The notes: generated by a model not told the origin, from the sequence alone. Shown: positions 37,507 to 46,893, counted from the first letter of the stretch. The stretch is DNA of 64,000 nt from IMGVR_UViG_3300020473_000011:217558-281557; one strand, 5' to 3'. Made by a program: numbers and translations.

Positions 37507-37791
37507 AGTACTACCCCTCTAAATAGCGCTTTTGATGTAAGTCAAAAGTACCATTTAAAAGTATTAGGATGCTCATTCGTTGGGCATCTTCATAAAACCG
37601 CAATTAAACTGCATAATAACCTGCAAATATTATTTTAAACTGATTACTTATTCATTGTATACTACTGTAGCACAGGGGTTTATAAGACTTTTGTTCGTCA
37701 TTTTTCTTGATAAGATTATTTACTTAGACTAAAGTGATCTTACTTATTTCATATCGCGTAAACTCTCTTATAGCGTGTAGTGGAGTAGCCT

Positions 37792-38634
37792 ATGAATAAT
37801 GAGAGAAGAACCCTACCTGCTGTTGGTGATACGCACTTTAAAGCTGACCCCAATAACAAAAACCTAGTACTTGTCACGGCTCGTGGCCGCTTTGACGTCA
37901 GTTCCGTTGAGTCATTGCGACAGAACCTTACGCGTAGCCCGCTGTTCCTTAATCCTGAACGGCGAGTGCTTGTCGAGATACTAGAAAATTGTGAAGGCAC
38001 AAATGCCTACTATGAAGCGTTAAGCTGTCAGCTGCATCGCATGCAGTCTATGGGTTTCTCTGCTGAAAAGGTTGCCTTTGCCATTGATCCAAACGTCGTA
38101 GGGCGCGACGAGGGTATCAAAAATTATCGGTTCATTTACACCGCTAATAAGTTTATGGTTGAGTTCTTCGAAAATGCTGACGACGCGAAAGCGTGGCTTT
38201 TAGGCAACTCTACTAAACCAAACAGATCAACGGAGCGCCTACCTTCTACATTTAGGACTGATAGTGTGTACGAACACCTTGTAAGGATTGACTGTCACTC
38301 GCCATTTGACGCTGAATTTTGTGCGAGTTCTATTGCGACACAGGCGTCGAATATACAATTTTTAAACCCGCACCGCGTAGAGCTTATTAGCTTTATTGGC
38401 GACTGCTCAACAGCTACAGACGACTTTTATGAAATGTTTGGAGAACATATCGCACGTGAGGTCAAGATGGGCTTTGCACCAGTCAGCACGGCTATTATGA
38501 TCCCAAATGGGTCTGATGGACGCGAGTTGCTAGTGGAGCGACTAACAGCCGTATTCGCCAAACATGCTACGTACGACGTTAGATGCTTTTCTGATGAGAA
38601 AGATGCAGAAGCTTGGTTATTGCGTGATAGCTGA
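37792..38634 (+). CDS. Tandem SpoIIAA/STAS-like domain protein
   Basis: Two ~130-aa halves ending FENADDAKAWL and FSDEKDAEAWL. Confidence 0.6.
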   Translation: MNNERRTLPAVGDTHFKADPNNKNLVLVTARGRFDVSSVESLRQNLTRSPLFLNPERRVLVEILENCEGTNAYYEALSCQLHRMQSMGFSAEKVAFAIDPNVVGRDEGIKNYRFIYTANKFMVEFFENADDAKAWLLGNSTKPNRSTERLPSTFRTDSVYEHLVRIDCHSPFDAEFCASSIATQASNIQFLNPHRVELISFIGDCSTATDDFYEMFGEHIAREVKMGFAPVSTAIMIPNGSDGRELLVERLTAVFAKHATYDVRCFSDEKDAEAWLLRDS

Positions 38635-38691
38635 GCCTGACTAAGAAGTACCTAGGCGATAGCTAGGTACTCATACGCAAACCTTTATTCG

Positions 38692-39336
38692 TTACGCGCC
38701 ATCATCAACCGTTTCTAACTGTAGGCGGCCTAGTGTCGCAAGCTTATCAGCAATATCATTACCAATGGCCGTGAAGCGATCCCAGCTACGTGCAGGGAAG
38801 TCGTTCTTATTACGGTGACCTCGACAGTGATGCCACGTAGGGCGCAAGCCCTTTGATGCCATCAAGAATTGTTGCCAGTACGGTACATTCTTAACGTCTT
38901 CAAAGTTTCGCGCTTTCCAGCCTGCCATCCACTCCGTAGCGCCTTTAACTACATACTGTGAATCAGAGATTATATGTGCACGTGTCTGGTTAGTACGTAT
39001 ATCCTCGATGTCGTTAATTTCAAGTAGTGATGAAATAACCGCTTGTAGCTCCATCTTGTTATTGGTTGTTAAAGGGTGCCCTCCTGACATATAGGTCAGC
39101 ATCGGTGGCTCTCCCTCTTCAATAAGCAATAAGGCGACACCCCAACCACCTTTACCCTCAGACTGTGTTTTCTTTGTTGCTTTACAGCGGCTATAAACCA
39201 CGCCGCCGTCACAGAAAAGGTAAAGCGCTGGTACTGAATAGGCACGAGGAAGTGCATAGGCCAGCTCGTCGGCCAATGCTTGGTTATTCTTTAAAAACGC
39301 CTTGAGTGAACTAAGCGTAGGCTTTTTACCTGCCAT
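38692..39336 (-). CDS. rnhA: Ribonuclease HI
   Basis: LFCDGG, TTNNKMELQAV, SDSQYVVKG, WHHCRGH, GNDIADKLA. Confidence 0.9.
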   Translation of the reverse strand: MAGKKPTLSSLKAFLKNNQALADELAYALPRAYSVPALYLFCDGGVVYSRCKATKKTQSEGKGGWGVALLLIEEGEPPMLTYMSGGHPLTTNNKMELQAVISSLLEINDIEDIRTNQTRAHIISDSQYVVKGATEWMAGWKARNFEDVKNVPYWQQFLMASKGLRPTWHHCRGHRNKNDFPARSWDRFTAIGNDIADKLATLGRLQLETVDDGA

Positions 39337-39338
39337 GC

Positions 39339-40217
39339 TTACTTCCTCTTACGGGCTTTACTAGCTGCTTTTTTATTTGCGCGTTGTGCTGGCGTACGCT
39401 TCTTTCGGGTTAACCCTGACATTTGGCGTGCATTTTTGGCGGCTTGCATTGAACGGCGGTATTCACCCACGCGTTGGCTTAGCTCGGTCGGTGCCACATC
39501 TTGGAAAGGCTCTGATAAGTGGTACTTTGTCTTGTACTCGCCATCTGAGATAACACCTACGCCCTTTGAAAGTTCAGTGTCATTTTCGGCTGTCGCGACA
39601 AACATAGAGTAGTACTTAAACGCTACAACAAAGCCACCGTCAATGCCATCTAGTGCTGCGTGGCAGTACTCTGCGTCAATACGTTCGTCGTAAGGTACTG
39701 GGTCTGTTCCACTGAAATCAATCCATGAACGCAAGCCGTCGGCATGCCTGATGTACGCATAGAATGAAAAACGACTTGTGCTCTGCGATAGGTCATCCAG
39801 TGCACCCGTCACGATGTCTTCATCGGGCAACATCGCTTCACCCGCGTGATTAAGGCGCTGAAATGCTAGGTACACGCGCTGGTCTTTAGTGTTGACACTG
39901 ATACCAACGCAAAACTGGTCAAAGAAAGCACTCGCACGCGCTAGGTGATGTAAATGCTTAGCTTGATCATCGGATGCCTGCCCAGTCATTAATAGATGTG
40001 ACATGCCCATGTGCCATGATTCAATTTCGCTGTTTAAGACGTCGTGAACCTTACTTAGGTGCATCGCCGTAACTAACTGCGCATTTGTGACAACGGGTTG
40101 TTGTGGTTGACTTGTTGGGATGATCTTGTTCATCGGTGCTTTTTTCACAAAGCGGCCGATAGGTTTACTTGCCATTGCACGCTGTACAACAGCTACCTGT
40201 GCGGAAGAAAGTGCCAT
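39339..40217 (-). CDS. Hypothetical protein with basic C-terminal tail
   Basis: 292-aa ORF, operonic with rnhA. Confidence 0.65.
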   Translation of the reverse strand: MALSSAQVAVVQRAMASKPIGRFVKKAPMNKIIPTSQPQQPVVTNAQLVTAMHLSKVHDVLNSEIESWHMGMSHLLMTGQASDDQAKHLHHLARASAFFDQFCVGISVNTKDQRVYLAFQRLNHAGEAMLPDEDIVTGALDDLSQSTSRFSFYAYIRHADGLRSWIDFSGTDPVPYDERIDAEYCHAALDGIDGGFVVAFKYYSMFVATAENDTELSKGVGVISDGEYKTKYHLSEPFQDVAPTELSQRVGEYRRSMQAAKNARQMSGLTRKKRTPAQRANKKAASKARKRK

Positions 40218-40288
40218 AATGCTCTCTTAAATTTATCAGTCTCAATTATTGTAATTAAATCCCATTAGGATTGCAGGCACTATATTGC

Positions 40289-40313
40289 AAAAAGGGCTGC
40301 AACGCAACCCTTT
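40289..40313 (-). terminator. Rho-independent terminator
   Basis: AAAAAGGGCTGC-aac-GCAACCCTTT. Confidence 0.6.
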
Positions 40314-40318
40314 AGACT

Positions 40319-40642
40319 CTAAATCTCAGTGATGATCTTAGGCGTGTTATCTGCTTCGGCCTTTGCTACGCCTTCTAAAACGCCTTGTACCATAGCGTTG
40401 AAGTCGTACTCTTCACCATCGGCAGGCCGCCTTAATTTCACCATACTATCACGTAACCTACCGTGATTAATCATCATGAGTATGGCATGACGGGCAACTT
40501 CGATATAAGTGTCGTCATTAGGGACGAAGACAATACAGCTTAGCCCTTGCTTTACGTAGTCTGTAGGGTAAGGCAGCTTGTCGCAGAAGATGACGTCACC
40601 TACCCGCTCAGCCTTTGGTGCACTTGGTACGTTTATCGTCAT
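40319..40642 (-). CDS. Hypothetical protein
   Basis: ORF track, operonic spacing. Confidence 0.6.
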   Translation of the reverse strand: MTINVPSAPKAERVGDVIFCDKLPYPTDYVKQGLSCIVFVPNDDTYIEVARHAILMMINHGRLRDSMVKLRRPADGEEYDFNAMVQGVLEGVAKAEADNTPKIITEI

Positions 40643-40647
40643 AAAGC

Positions 40648-41028
40648 TTACCCTATTACACTGTCTAGCGCGTCGACTAATGAATCCACAAAGATGTCAT
40701 TTACTTCGGCTTTTGTTTTAACGTTAACCCCACGGATTGTAAGCAGCTTGATGTCATATAGGTCGCGTCCATTTAGTGTGATTTGAACCATACCACCCAC
40801 CTTGACCTTAGTACCACGTACGCGGAACTGAATACCGCTATCAATCGCGATAAAGTCACGAGCTGCCCAGCTTCCGAGCGCCCACTTATCAAGGGTTCTT
40901 AGCTGCTTTAGGATGGTCTCAGCAATGGCCTTATTACGGCTACTGTCCAGTTCATTCAAGGCTGACTCTCTGATAGAAAACAGGGAGCCGTCCAGCGCGT
41001 GCAATGCACGACTTACGGCGTTGTTCAT
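40648..41028 (-). CDS. Hypothetical phage protein
   Basis: Likely start MNNAVS, which overlaps a CATTGTACAATG palindrome. Confidence 0.6.
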   Translation of the reverse strand: MNNAVSRALHALDGSLFSIRESALNELDSSRNKAIAETILKQLRTLDKWALGSWAARDFIAIDSGIQFRVRGTKVKVGGMVQITLNGRDLYDIKLLTIRGVNVKTKAEVNDIFVDSLVDALDSVIG

Positions 41029-41090
41029 TGTACAATGTCTCAATCGTTACTGAAAAATTCATTGTACAACATATTGAGGGGAATTTAACT

Positions 41091-41699
41091 ATGTCTAGTG
41101 GGGAAACCACCGTATACCACGAAATGGCCAAGTTACTCGGCGACGAGCTTGCCGCAGACCCGACACTCGTTGCGAGTGTTACGCTGAGCGCCGAAAAGCT
41201 AGGTGATACGGCGACGATTGAGCGCCTGCGACTTCTCAGTGACCTACGTGAACCACTGGGAGCCACTACACAGGCTTATGCTGTTGGTCTCTTGATGCAG
41301 CTACCTAAGTGTGATGGAAACTGGCGAGAGACCCTTGAGGAACGCGAACTCAGTACGCTAATAAAAGACCTTGAGTACGTGAAACCTGCTGTCGTTGAAG
41401 AAAAGTCATTTCGACCCGCGAAAGACCTGTGGAAAGAAGAAGTTGACCGACTCGCGCTCGCGCCTGACTATGTTAAGCTAATCTACATGGCCAGCCTTGT
41501 AACGCGTATCTTAAAGCGTGACTGGCATAACTTCTTGCAACAGCAACAGCTCATAGACCGTGCGAAGCTGGCGGCTGTCGTACTGGGTGAATACTCCGAC
41601 GAGATCGCGCCATGGGTGAGGTTGTTAGACTCTGCCAGTAAGGGGAGTTATAAGGGGAAGGTGCCTAAACAGGGGGCGCTCTCGTATAGCCTCAGTTAG
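41091..41699 (+). CDS. Hypothetical helical protein
   Basis: GAGGGG RBS before MSSGETT; terminator follows. Confidence 0.65.
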   Translation: MSSGETTVYHEMAKLLGDELAADPTLVASVTLSAEKLGDTATIERLRLLSDLREPLGATTQAYAVGLLMQLPKCDGNWRETLEERELSTLIKDLEYVKPAVVEEKSFRPAKDLWKEEVDRLALAPDYVKLIYMASLVTRILKRDWHNFLQQQQLIDRAKLAAVVLGEYSDEIAPWVRLLDSASKGSYKGKVPKQGALSYSLS

Positions 41700-41710
41700 C
41701 TTCTATCAAT

Positions 41711-41739
41711 AAAAAAGCCGAGTGTTATCTCGGCTTTTT
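41711..41739. terminator. Bidirectional terminator
   Basis: AAAAAAGCCGAG-tgttat-CTCGGCTTTTT. Confidence 0.8.
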
Positions 41740-41755
41740 CTTATAAATAAATTGC

Positions 41756-43084
41756 TTACGCTGAGCGTTGGTTGAAATCGACAAAGAATCTTTCGAACGC
41801 TGCATGACCTACATACGTTAAGCGTGTCTTGCCCGTACTCACGCCATTATCGTCTAAGTCATCCGATACGTAGAAGACACCCTCCGCGAACTTAATGAAG
41901 GATGGTACGTTATAGCCTCGAATATTTGATGGTGACGTCACCATGTAATACACGCGCTTTTGGTCATCCGTCGTTAGATCAATCGTGATATACAGACCTT
42001 TACCGCGCTCCTGTAAAGCGGCTGCTTCATAGAGTGCCGTGCGCAGTTTGAGACGTAGTGCATCACACTCGGACTCTAGGCTTTTGACATTATCAAGAGC
42101 TGCCTGCTTTAACAGGTTGGAGTAAACCGTACCGATGTCTTGAATGTCGCCATCAGACATTTGCTCTAGGATCTCTTCGCGCTCCGCAGGTGTTAGTTGA
42201 GCAACTTTGGCTGCGGCATCTTCTAAGATTTGCTGGTCAATACCGCCGCCTTTCAGGATCACCTGATCAACGAAGTTGTGTAACCACGGGATTTGAACGC
42301 CTGTCGCAAGCTTGGTTGGTGCTGAAACACCTACGGGGTTGCCATCACCTGTTTTATACAGGTAGCGTACTTGAATGTCATAGTAAACATAACGGTCAAA
42401 AATACCGCCTGCAACGTCGGCTACTTCAAAGTAGCTCGGTGTCGTAGGGTCGTACACATCGCGGTCAACAATAACCTCACGAGCTGACGCCTGTGTAAGA
42501 AGCTTATTCACCACCTCAAAGCGTGGCACTAGCTTATCTGAGACACCCGCCATATCATGCGTAAGGATATTGTACTTGAGCATGTAATGGTCTGTCGGCT
42601 CAACGATTGTCATGTTTGCTAGGTCGGGGGCTGGCACAGCTGAACCGCCTGTCGTGAACGCACCCTCAGTGAAACCAAGTTGCTCGATACCATCTACAAA
42701 CAGTTTTACACCGTAGTAATAGTCCTTACCTGATAGAAGACCATCTACGTACAACGTTTTGTAGTTGTACTTGTCTCCTTCGTCAAACGTGGCCTTATGT
42801 ACGAGCACATTACCCGCAAACTTGTACGGTTGAAGTGTCTTAGCATAGGTTTCATCAAACGAGGTGCCCGCTGCATCCAGCTCATCTTTTGGCGCTACAT
42901 AGATTGCCAAGTATGTTTCAGGTAGTAGGGCTTGGTCTTTTAGGACTTCTCGCAGGGCTTGCTGGCCTTCAAAGCCGATCAGCGTAACACCATGGCGCAT
43001 TAGACCATCGTGCTGAGGCTGTGGGTCAGCCACGGTGGCAACAGGGTTAGATGCGTTTAAGAACGCATTTAAGTCAAAAATCAT
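41756..43084 (-). CDS. FN3/Ig-like + helical protein, paralog 1
   Basis: YLAIYVAP, VDGLLSGKDY, YVYYDIQVRY, IPWLHNFVDQ. Confidence 0.6.
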   Translation of the reverse strand: MIFDLNAFLNASNPVATVADPQPQHDGLMRHGVTLIGFEGQQALREVLKDQALLPETYLAIYVAPKDELDAAGTSFDETYAKTLQPYKFAGNVLVHKATFDEGDKYNYKTLYVDGLLSGKDYYYGVKLFVDGIEQLGFTEGAFTTGGSAVPAPDLANMTIVEPTDHYMLKYNILTHDMAGVSDKLVPRFEVVNKLLTQASAREVIVDRDVYDPTTPSYFEVADVAGGIFDRYVYYDIQVRYLYKTGDGNPVGVSAPTKLATGVQIPWLHNFVDQVILKGGGIDQQILEDAAAKVAQLTPAEREEILEQMSDGDIQDIGTVYSNLLKQAALDNVKSLESECDALRLKLRTALYEAAALQERGKGLYITIDLTTDDQKRVYYMVTSPSNIRGYNVPSFIKFAEGVFYVSDDLDDNGVSTGKTRLTYVGHAAFERFFVDFNQRSA

Positions 43085-43149
43085 TATCCTGTCCTTATCA
43101 AAAAGGGCTGAGCACTATTACCCAGCCACTTAGCAGAATGAGCGTGCGA

Positions 43150-44463
43150 TTACGAGAATACGATTTCCGCACGGTCACGGTACACAGAACCACGCACAGT
43201 TACGTAGAACTTGTCATCCGCGATTTCACTACCTTCAACGACCGCGCCAAGGTGGAACGCTTTGTCTAACCACGAGTAGTAGCTAGTCGGAACGTCTTCG
43301 CGGTAGCCTTGTTTAGTTACAAACGTGAAAGCTTCTTTCAGCTCTGCGTCAGTTAAGTCCAGTAGCTCACCGTAGGTACTATCGATCTCGTTATACAACG
43401 CGATACGACGAAGCTGCTCACGTACTTGCGAGAACTTAATCGCCATTGTCTGGAACTCTTCAACGGCGACATCACGGGTCATGTCGTACATCAGTGTGGC
43501 TACTGATGAGAACGAGCCTGAGTTAAGCGCTTTACGAAGCTCTTCACGAACATCTGCGTCGTCCAGCAAGTTTTGGGCGATGTCGCTTACAAGCGTATCT
43601 TCAACCTGTCGGCCTTGAATAACCGTTTGGTTTACGAAGTCTGCCAACCATGGAAGCATGAACGGTTGAGCGGTTGCCACTACGAAGTCACTTGCTGCGT
43701 CAGGCTTACCAGCTTCTACCTTACGTGCACGGATGCGAATATCGTAGTTCACATACTTACGCATGCCTTCTGTCGTCGGAGAGAACGTGAAAACAGGCTT
43801 ATTCTCTGCGTCAAAGGTAAAGTTTGATGTGATAATAACGGATTCATCGTACGTGTACTCAGGCATTGCTACCTTCGTTGCATCCACAACTTCTAAGACA
43901 AAAGCACTCGTTGAGCTGGTGTCCGCAGTGTCGATAGTAACTTTCATCGAGCTGCCAACTTCTTCCATCTTTAGTGTCACTGTTGGTGGTGCTTCTGTTG
44001 TACCTTCTAACGTGATCGTGTTTGAGGTAGCTAACCAATCAGGTTGAGCTACCTTGTTAAGCACTAGCTCAAAAGCGGCCTTGTATTGATAGCCTGCTGG
44101 TAAGCCCGCTACACTGAACGAGTTATACAAGGCACTGCCGTCTTGTGATTGGATTAAGTCAGTAAGTGGTACGCGGCGATAGACTGCGTTGTCGCTATTG
44201 GTTGCTGTCGTTTTATCGAGGGCACCTACGCCCACCTCTAATGCAGGTACTAGGTACACGCTTAAATACGAGTTGTGAAGGTCTTCTTTAAGCTTCAAGC
44301 CTTCGGTGGCCGCGTACTTGCGGACAGCTTGTAAAAGGAAGTCGCCTGTTGTCGTTGCATTCTCTAGCGTAAACGTAAGGGTGTGCATACCGTGAGCGTT
44401 GACTGACGATGTTGTTGCGTTTACGAAAGTTTCCGCGAAAATTGGGGTCATGGAAAATGCCAT
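43150..44463 (-). CDS. FN3/Ig-like + helical protein, paralog 2
   Basis: YLSVYLVP, VAGLPAGYQY, YVNYDIRIRA, LPWLADFVNQ. Confidence 0.6.
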   Translation of the reverse strand: MAFSMTPIFAETFVNATTSSVNAHGMHTLTFTLENATTTGDFLLQAVRKYAATEGLKLKEDLHNSYLSVYLVPALEVGVGALDKTTATNSDNAVYRRVPLTDLIQSQDGSALYNSFSVAGLPAGYQYKAAFELVLNKVAQPDWLATSNTITLEGTTEAPPTVTLKMEEVGSSMKVTIDTADTSSTSAFVLEVVDATKVAMPEYTYDESVIITSNFTFDAENKPVFTFSPTTEGMRKYVNYDIRIRARKVEAGKPDAASDFVVATAQPFMLPWLADFVNQTVIQGRQVEDTLVSDIAQNLLDDADVREELRKALNSGSFSSVATLMYDMTRDVAVEEFQTMAIKFSQVREQLRRIALYNEIDSTYGELLDLTDAELKEAFTFVTKQGYREDVPTSYYSWLDKAFHLGAVVEGSEIADDKFYVTVRGSVYRDRAEIVFS

Positions 44464-44865
44464 GCTAATAACTCCTAGGATTAAGTTAGGTTATTCGCTG
44501 TCTCATAGCCTTTCACACGACTGGCCTATAGAACCTGCCGTGGGCATTCTCATGTCTCGTTTGAGAAGGTGGGACTTCTCGGGATCGTCTAAAGTTTAAT
44601 TCTACAACGAATTATAACGTTGTACAAAGCTTAGCTGTGGCTCAACGATGTTAAAGGCTGTACCACAGACACACGACCCGATGCACTACGCCTGCGAAGT
44701 ATCACAGGCATTGAAGGACGCTTAGGGGTGCCTTTCTTAGCAGTTAACGCTAAGGTTGCTGCCAGTGGCGTTGCCGTGGCAACACTCACAGGCATGAAGC
44801 TAACGAAGGTACCTATTAGGCCAAACAGTAAGCTTGTCACTGCGGCCTTAATGCGTGATATGCGA

Positions 44866-45039
44866 TTAATCGTCATCAGCACAACCACATGTATTGTTGC
44901 AAACACACACGTCGCCACATGGCTCGACATCTGGCTTAGTGGCGGTTTTACGTTGACGACTAGCTAGTACCTTATCATCAATTACTTTGTCTAAGTCAGC
45001 TAGTACTGTTGCAATACGTGTCATCGCTGGTTGATTCAT
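44866..45039 (-). CDS. Micro-protein with Cys-rich tail
   Basis: GAGGA RBS; ends CGDVCVCNNTCGCADDD. Confidence 0.5.
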   Translation of the reverse strand: MNQPAMTRIATVLADLDKVIDDKVLASRQRKTATKPDVEPCGDVCVCNNTCGCADDD

Positions 45040-45093
45040 CGCGCAATCCTCGTTAAATTGGTTGTACAATGATTATAACTTAATCACTTGCTA

Positions 45094-45408
45094 TTACGCT
45101 AGACCTTCGTACACTTCCAAATTAAATGTCACGTCGGTTACATGCTTAGCATCTTTCCAAGCTGACACTGTTGCCAACTGCGCCTTAACATCGTCGCTAG
45201 CTGCATCGGCTAACATTAGCAGCTCTTTATCGCCCATGATCAAGTCATGTGCGCGTCCTGTTACATCACGGTTAGTTAGACCTGAAATCAAGCTTAGTAC
45301 TTCATTTAGGTGTTCTTCTGGTGGGTAGGTTTTATCAATTACTGATGTAATAGCTGGTACACTAAACGGTACGATCACTTTATTCTCAGGGAATATTGAT
45401 GCTGTCAT
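45094..45408 (-). CDS. Hypothetical protein
   Basis: ORF track, leader motif upstream. Confidence 0.6.
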   Translation of the reverse strand: MTASIFPENKVIVPFSVPAITSVIDKTYPPEEHLNEVLSLISGLTNRDVTGRAHDLIMGDKELLMLADAASDDVKAQLATVSAWKDAKHVTDVTFNLEVYEGLA

Positions 45409-45528
45409 TATTATCTCACTTTTTCATTGTCTCAATTAAGGGCGCTGCCAATAAAAAAGAGGCAGCCCGCACCATTGAGTATACAATGGTTAGGGCTGCC
45501 TAGACAGTCTAAAGATACGATTAATCGC

Positions 45529-46068
45529 CTAGCACAGTAAGTTTATTAAAGCTGACCGTTCGTGCTCTGAAAGCACGGTGCTAGGTGTATCTCGCAGAGG
45601 CAAGCTCTCGAAAAGAGCTGTACTCTCGTCATCAATGAACCAGCAAAAGTTGCCGACCTCAGATTCGACGATGACCGCAAAGTCCCCCATGTACTCACAA
45701 CGATACGCCTTGTCTTCAAAGCGTTTAATAAACTCTAACAGTAAACTGTCTCGGTCACGTACAAGCAAGGTGACGGCTTGTCGTAACTGTAGGATCGTGT
45801 GATTAGCACGGGTGCGTAACTCTTCACTCCGCTGTAGCGAGGCTTCTACCTCGGGCAAACTAGCGGCTTCTAATACGCGTTGCATGATTGAATAATCGCG
45901 ACTAGCGGGTGACCAGTCGAAACCCAGCTTATCCAATGCGGCCTTTAGTGCTTCTTTCGCATAACTCGCCTCATCCCGTAACATTCCATTTGTGTATTCA
46001 AGACGTTTAACCTCATTAAAGAGATTGGCTGCGTTGGACAGTCCGACGTTTGAAGGATGTTGAGCCAT
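45529..46068 (-). CDS. Hypothetical coiled-coil protein
   Basis: GGAGG RBS. Confidence 0.6.
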   Translation of the reverse strand: MAQHPSNVGLSNAANLFNEVKRLEYTNGMLRDEASYAKEALKAALDKLGFDWSPASRDYSIMQRVLEAASLPEVEASLQRSEELRTRANHTILQLRQAVTLLVRDRDSLLLEFIKRFEDKAYRCEYMGDFAVIVESEVGNFCWFIDDESTALFESLPLRDTPSTVLSEHERSALINLLC

Positions 46069-46229
46069 GTGACCTCCGTTATATGTGAACTTCTCGCATT
46101 CACATCACGCAGTAACGCACTGTCTCAGTCAGTTAGTAAGTCGTATGGCGACAGCCTGCGCACTCGTTAACAAAGACTGATTCCCTTTGTTTTTCGCAAT
46201 TTCACACAGACTCAAATTCGTAAGAAAAG

Positions 46230-46256
46230 TATGCCGACTCAGAAACAGTCGGCATA
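46230..46256 (-). terminator. Terminator after the hfq-like operon
   Basis: TATGCCGACT-cagaaac-AGTCGGCATA with T-tract on the minus strand. Confidence 0.7.
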
Positions 46257-46277
46257 TAACATTGAAAGTGTAACATA

Positions 46278-46664
46278 CTATTCCAATGCCAAGATAGCTA
46301 TTAAGTTAGACGGGTCAGTTTTATTGGCATCAAGGATTGCATTGCGCTCACGTGACCACGGCATGCAGCACCCTTTGCTAATTTGACAGGCAGCCTTTGT
46401 GGCCTCTTGGTGGGCGATCTCACAGCTATAAAGTTGGTGACCACTCTGGATTTTTGTATGTTCAGCTAAATGACGGCACTGGGTGCCCTCATCATTTAAC
46501 TCGCCCACTGGGCATAAGTTTGATCGACAACACCCGCCACTTCGGATGCACTTGAAGTAGTAAGTGTCGCCGACGACATTAAGCAGACCATGGTTGGCCT
46601 GCCAGTCTAGTTCGTCCTTCGAGGGTGACCACAGCTCTGAGGTAATGTTACCTGACTGTGTCAT
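46278..46664 (-). CDS. Cys-rich metal-cluster protein (YkgJ-like)
   Basis: CIRSGGCC...CP...CRHL...CEI...C...GCC. Confidence 0.5.
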   Translation of the reverse strand: MTQSGNITSELWSPSKDELDWQANHGLLNVVGDTYYFKCIRSGGCCRSNLCPVGELNDEGTQCRHLAEHTKIQSGHQLYSCEIAHQEATKAACQISKGCCMPWSRERNAILDANKTDPSNLIAILALE

Positions 46665-46893
46665 TTGTTTTACCTAGGTATGCTTCACTGCAAATACTTA
46701 GGATCTTATTGCGGTCGATTAGTGTACACGCGTTATTCTGGCCATGTAAGTCTAACATTAGTGATTGGTCATCAAACTCATTGATGTAGCCCGTAAGGCT
46801 AATGTTATTGTCTAGATACACGCGCAGTAGCTTACGTGAATCTTTCCAGTCTTTTAAAGCACGCTTTCTTAAATTTGAATTGTCGGTAAACAT
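46648..46893 (-). CDS. hfq: Divergent Hfq/LSm-fold RNA chaperone
   Basis: LRVYLDNNISLTGYINEFD aligns to Sm1 VSIYLVNGIKLQGQIESFD; TLIDRNKILSI aligns to Sm2 QMVYKHAISTV. Confidence 0.72.
   Translation of the reverse strand: MFTDNSNLRKRALKDWKDSRKLLRVYLDNNISLTGYINEFDDQSLMLDLHGQNNACTLIDRNKILSICSEAYLGKTNDTVR

Noticed and set aside
33259-41749. T4 late promoter TATAAATA at 33259 and 41742
   Set aside because: Only two copies, both on the strand opposite the adjacent downstream genes
44631-44967. Overlapping ORFs 44631-44930 (-) and 44728-44967 (+)
   Set aside because: Low-complexity and mutually overlapping; a short minus-strand gene starting at 44876 is possible but unsupported
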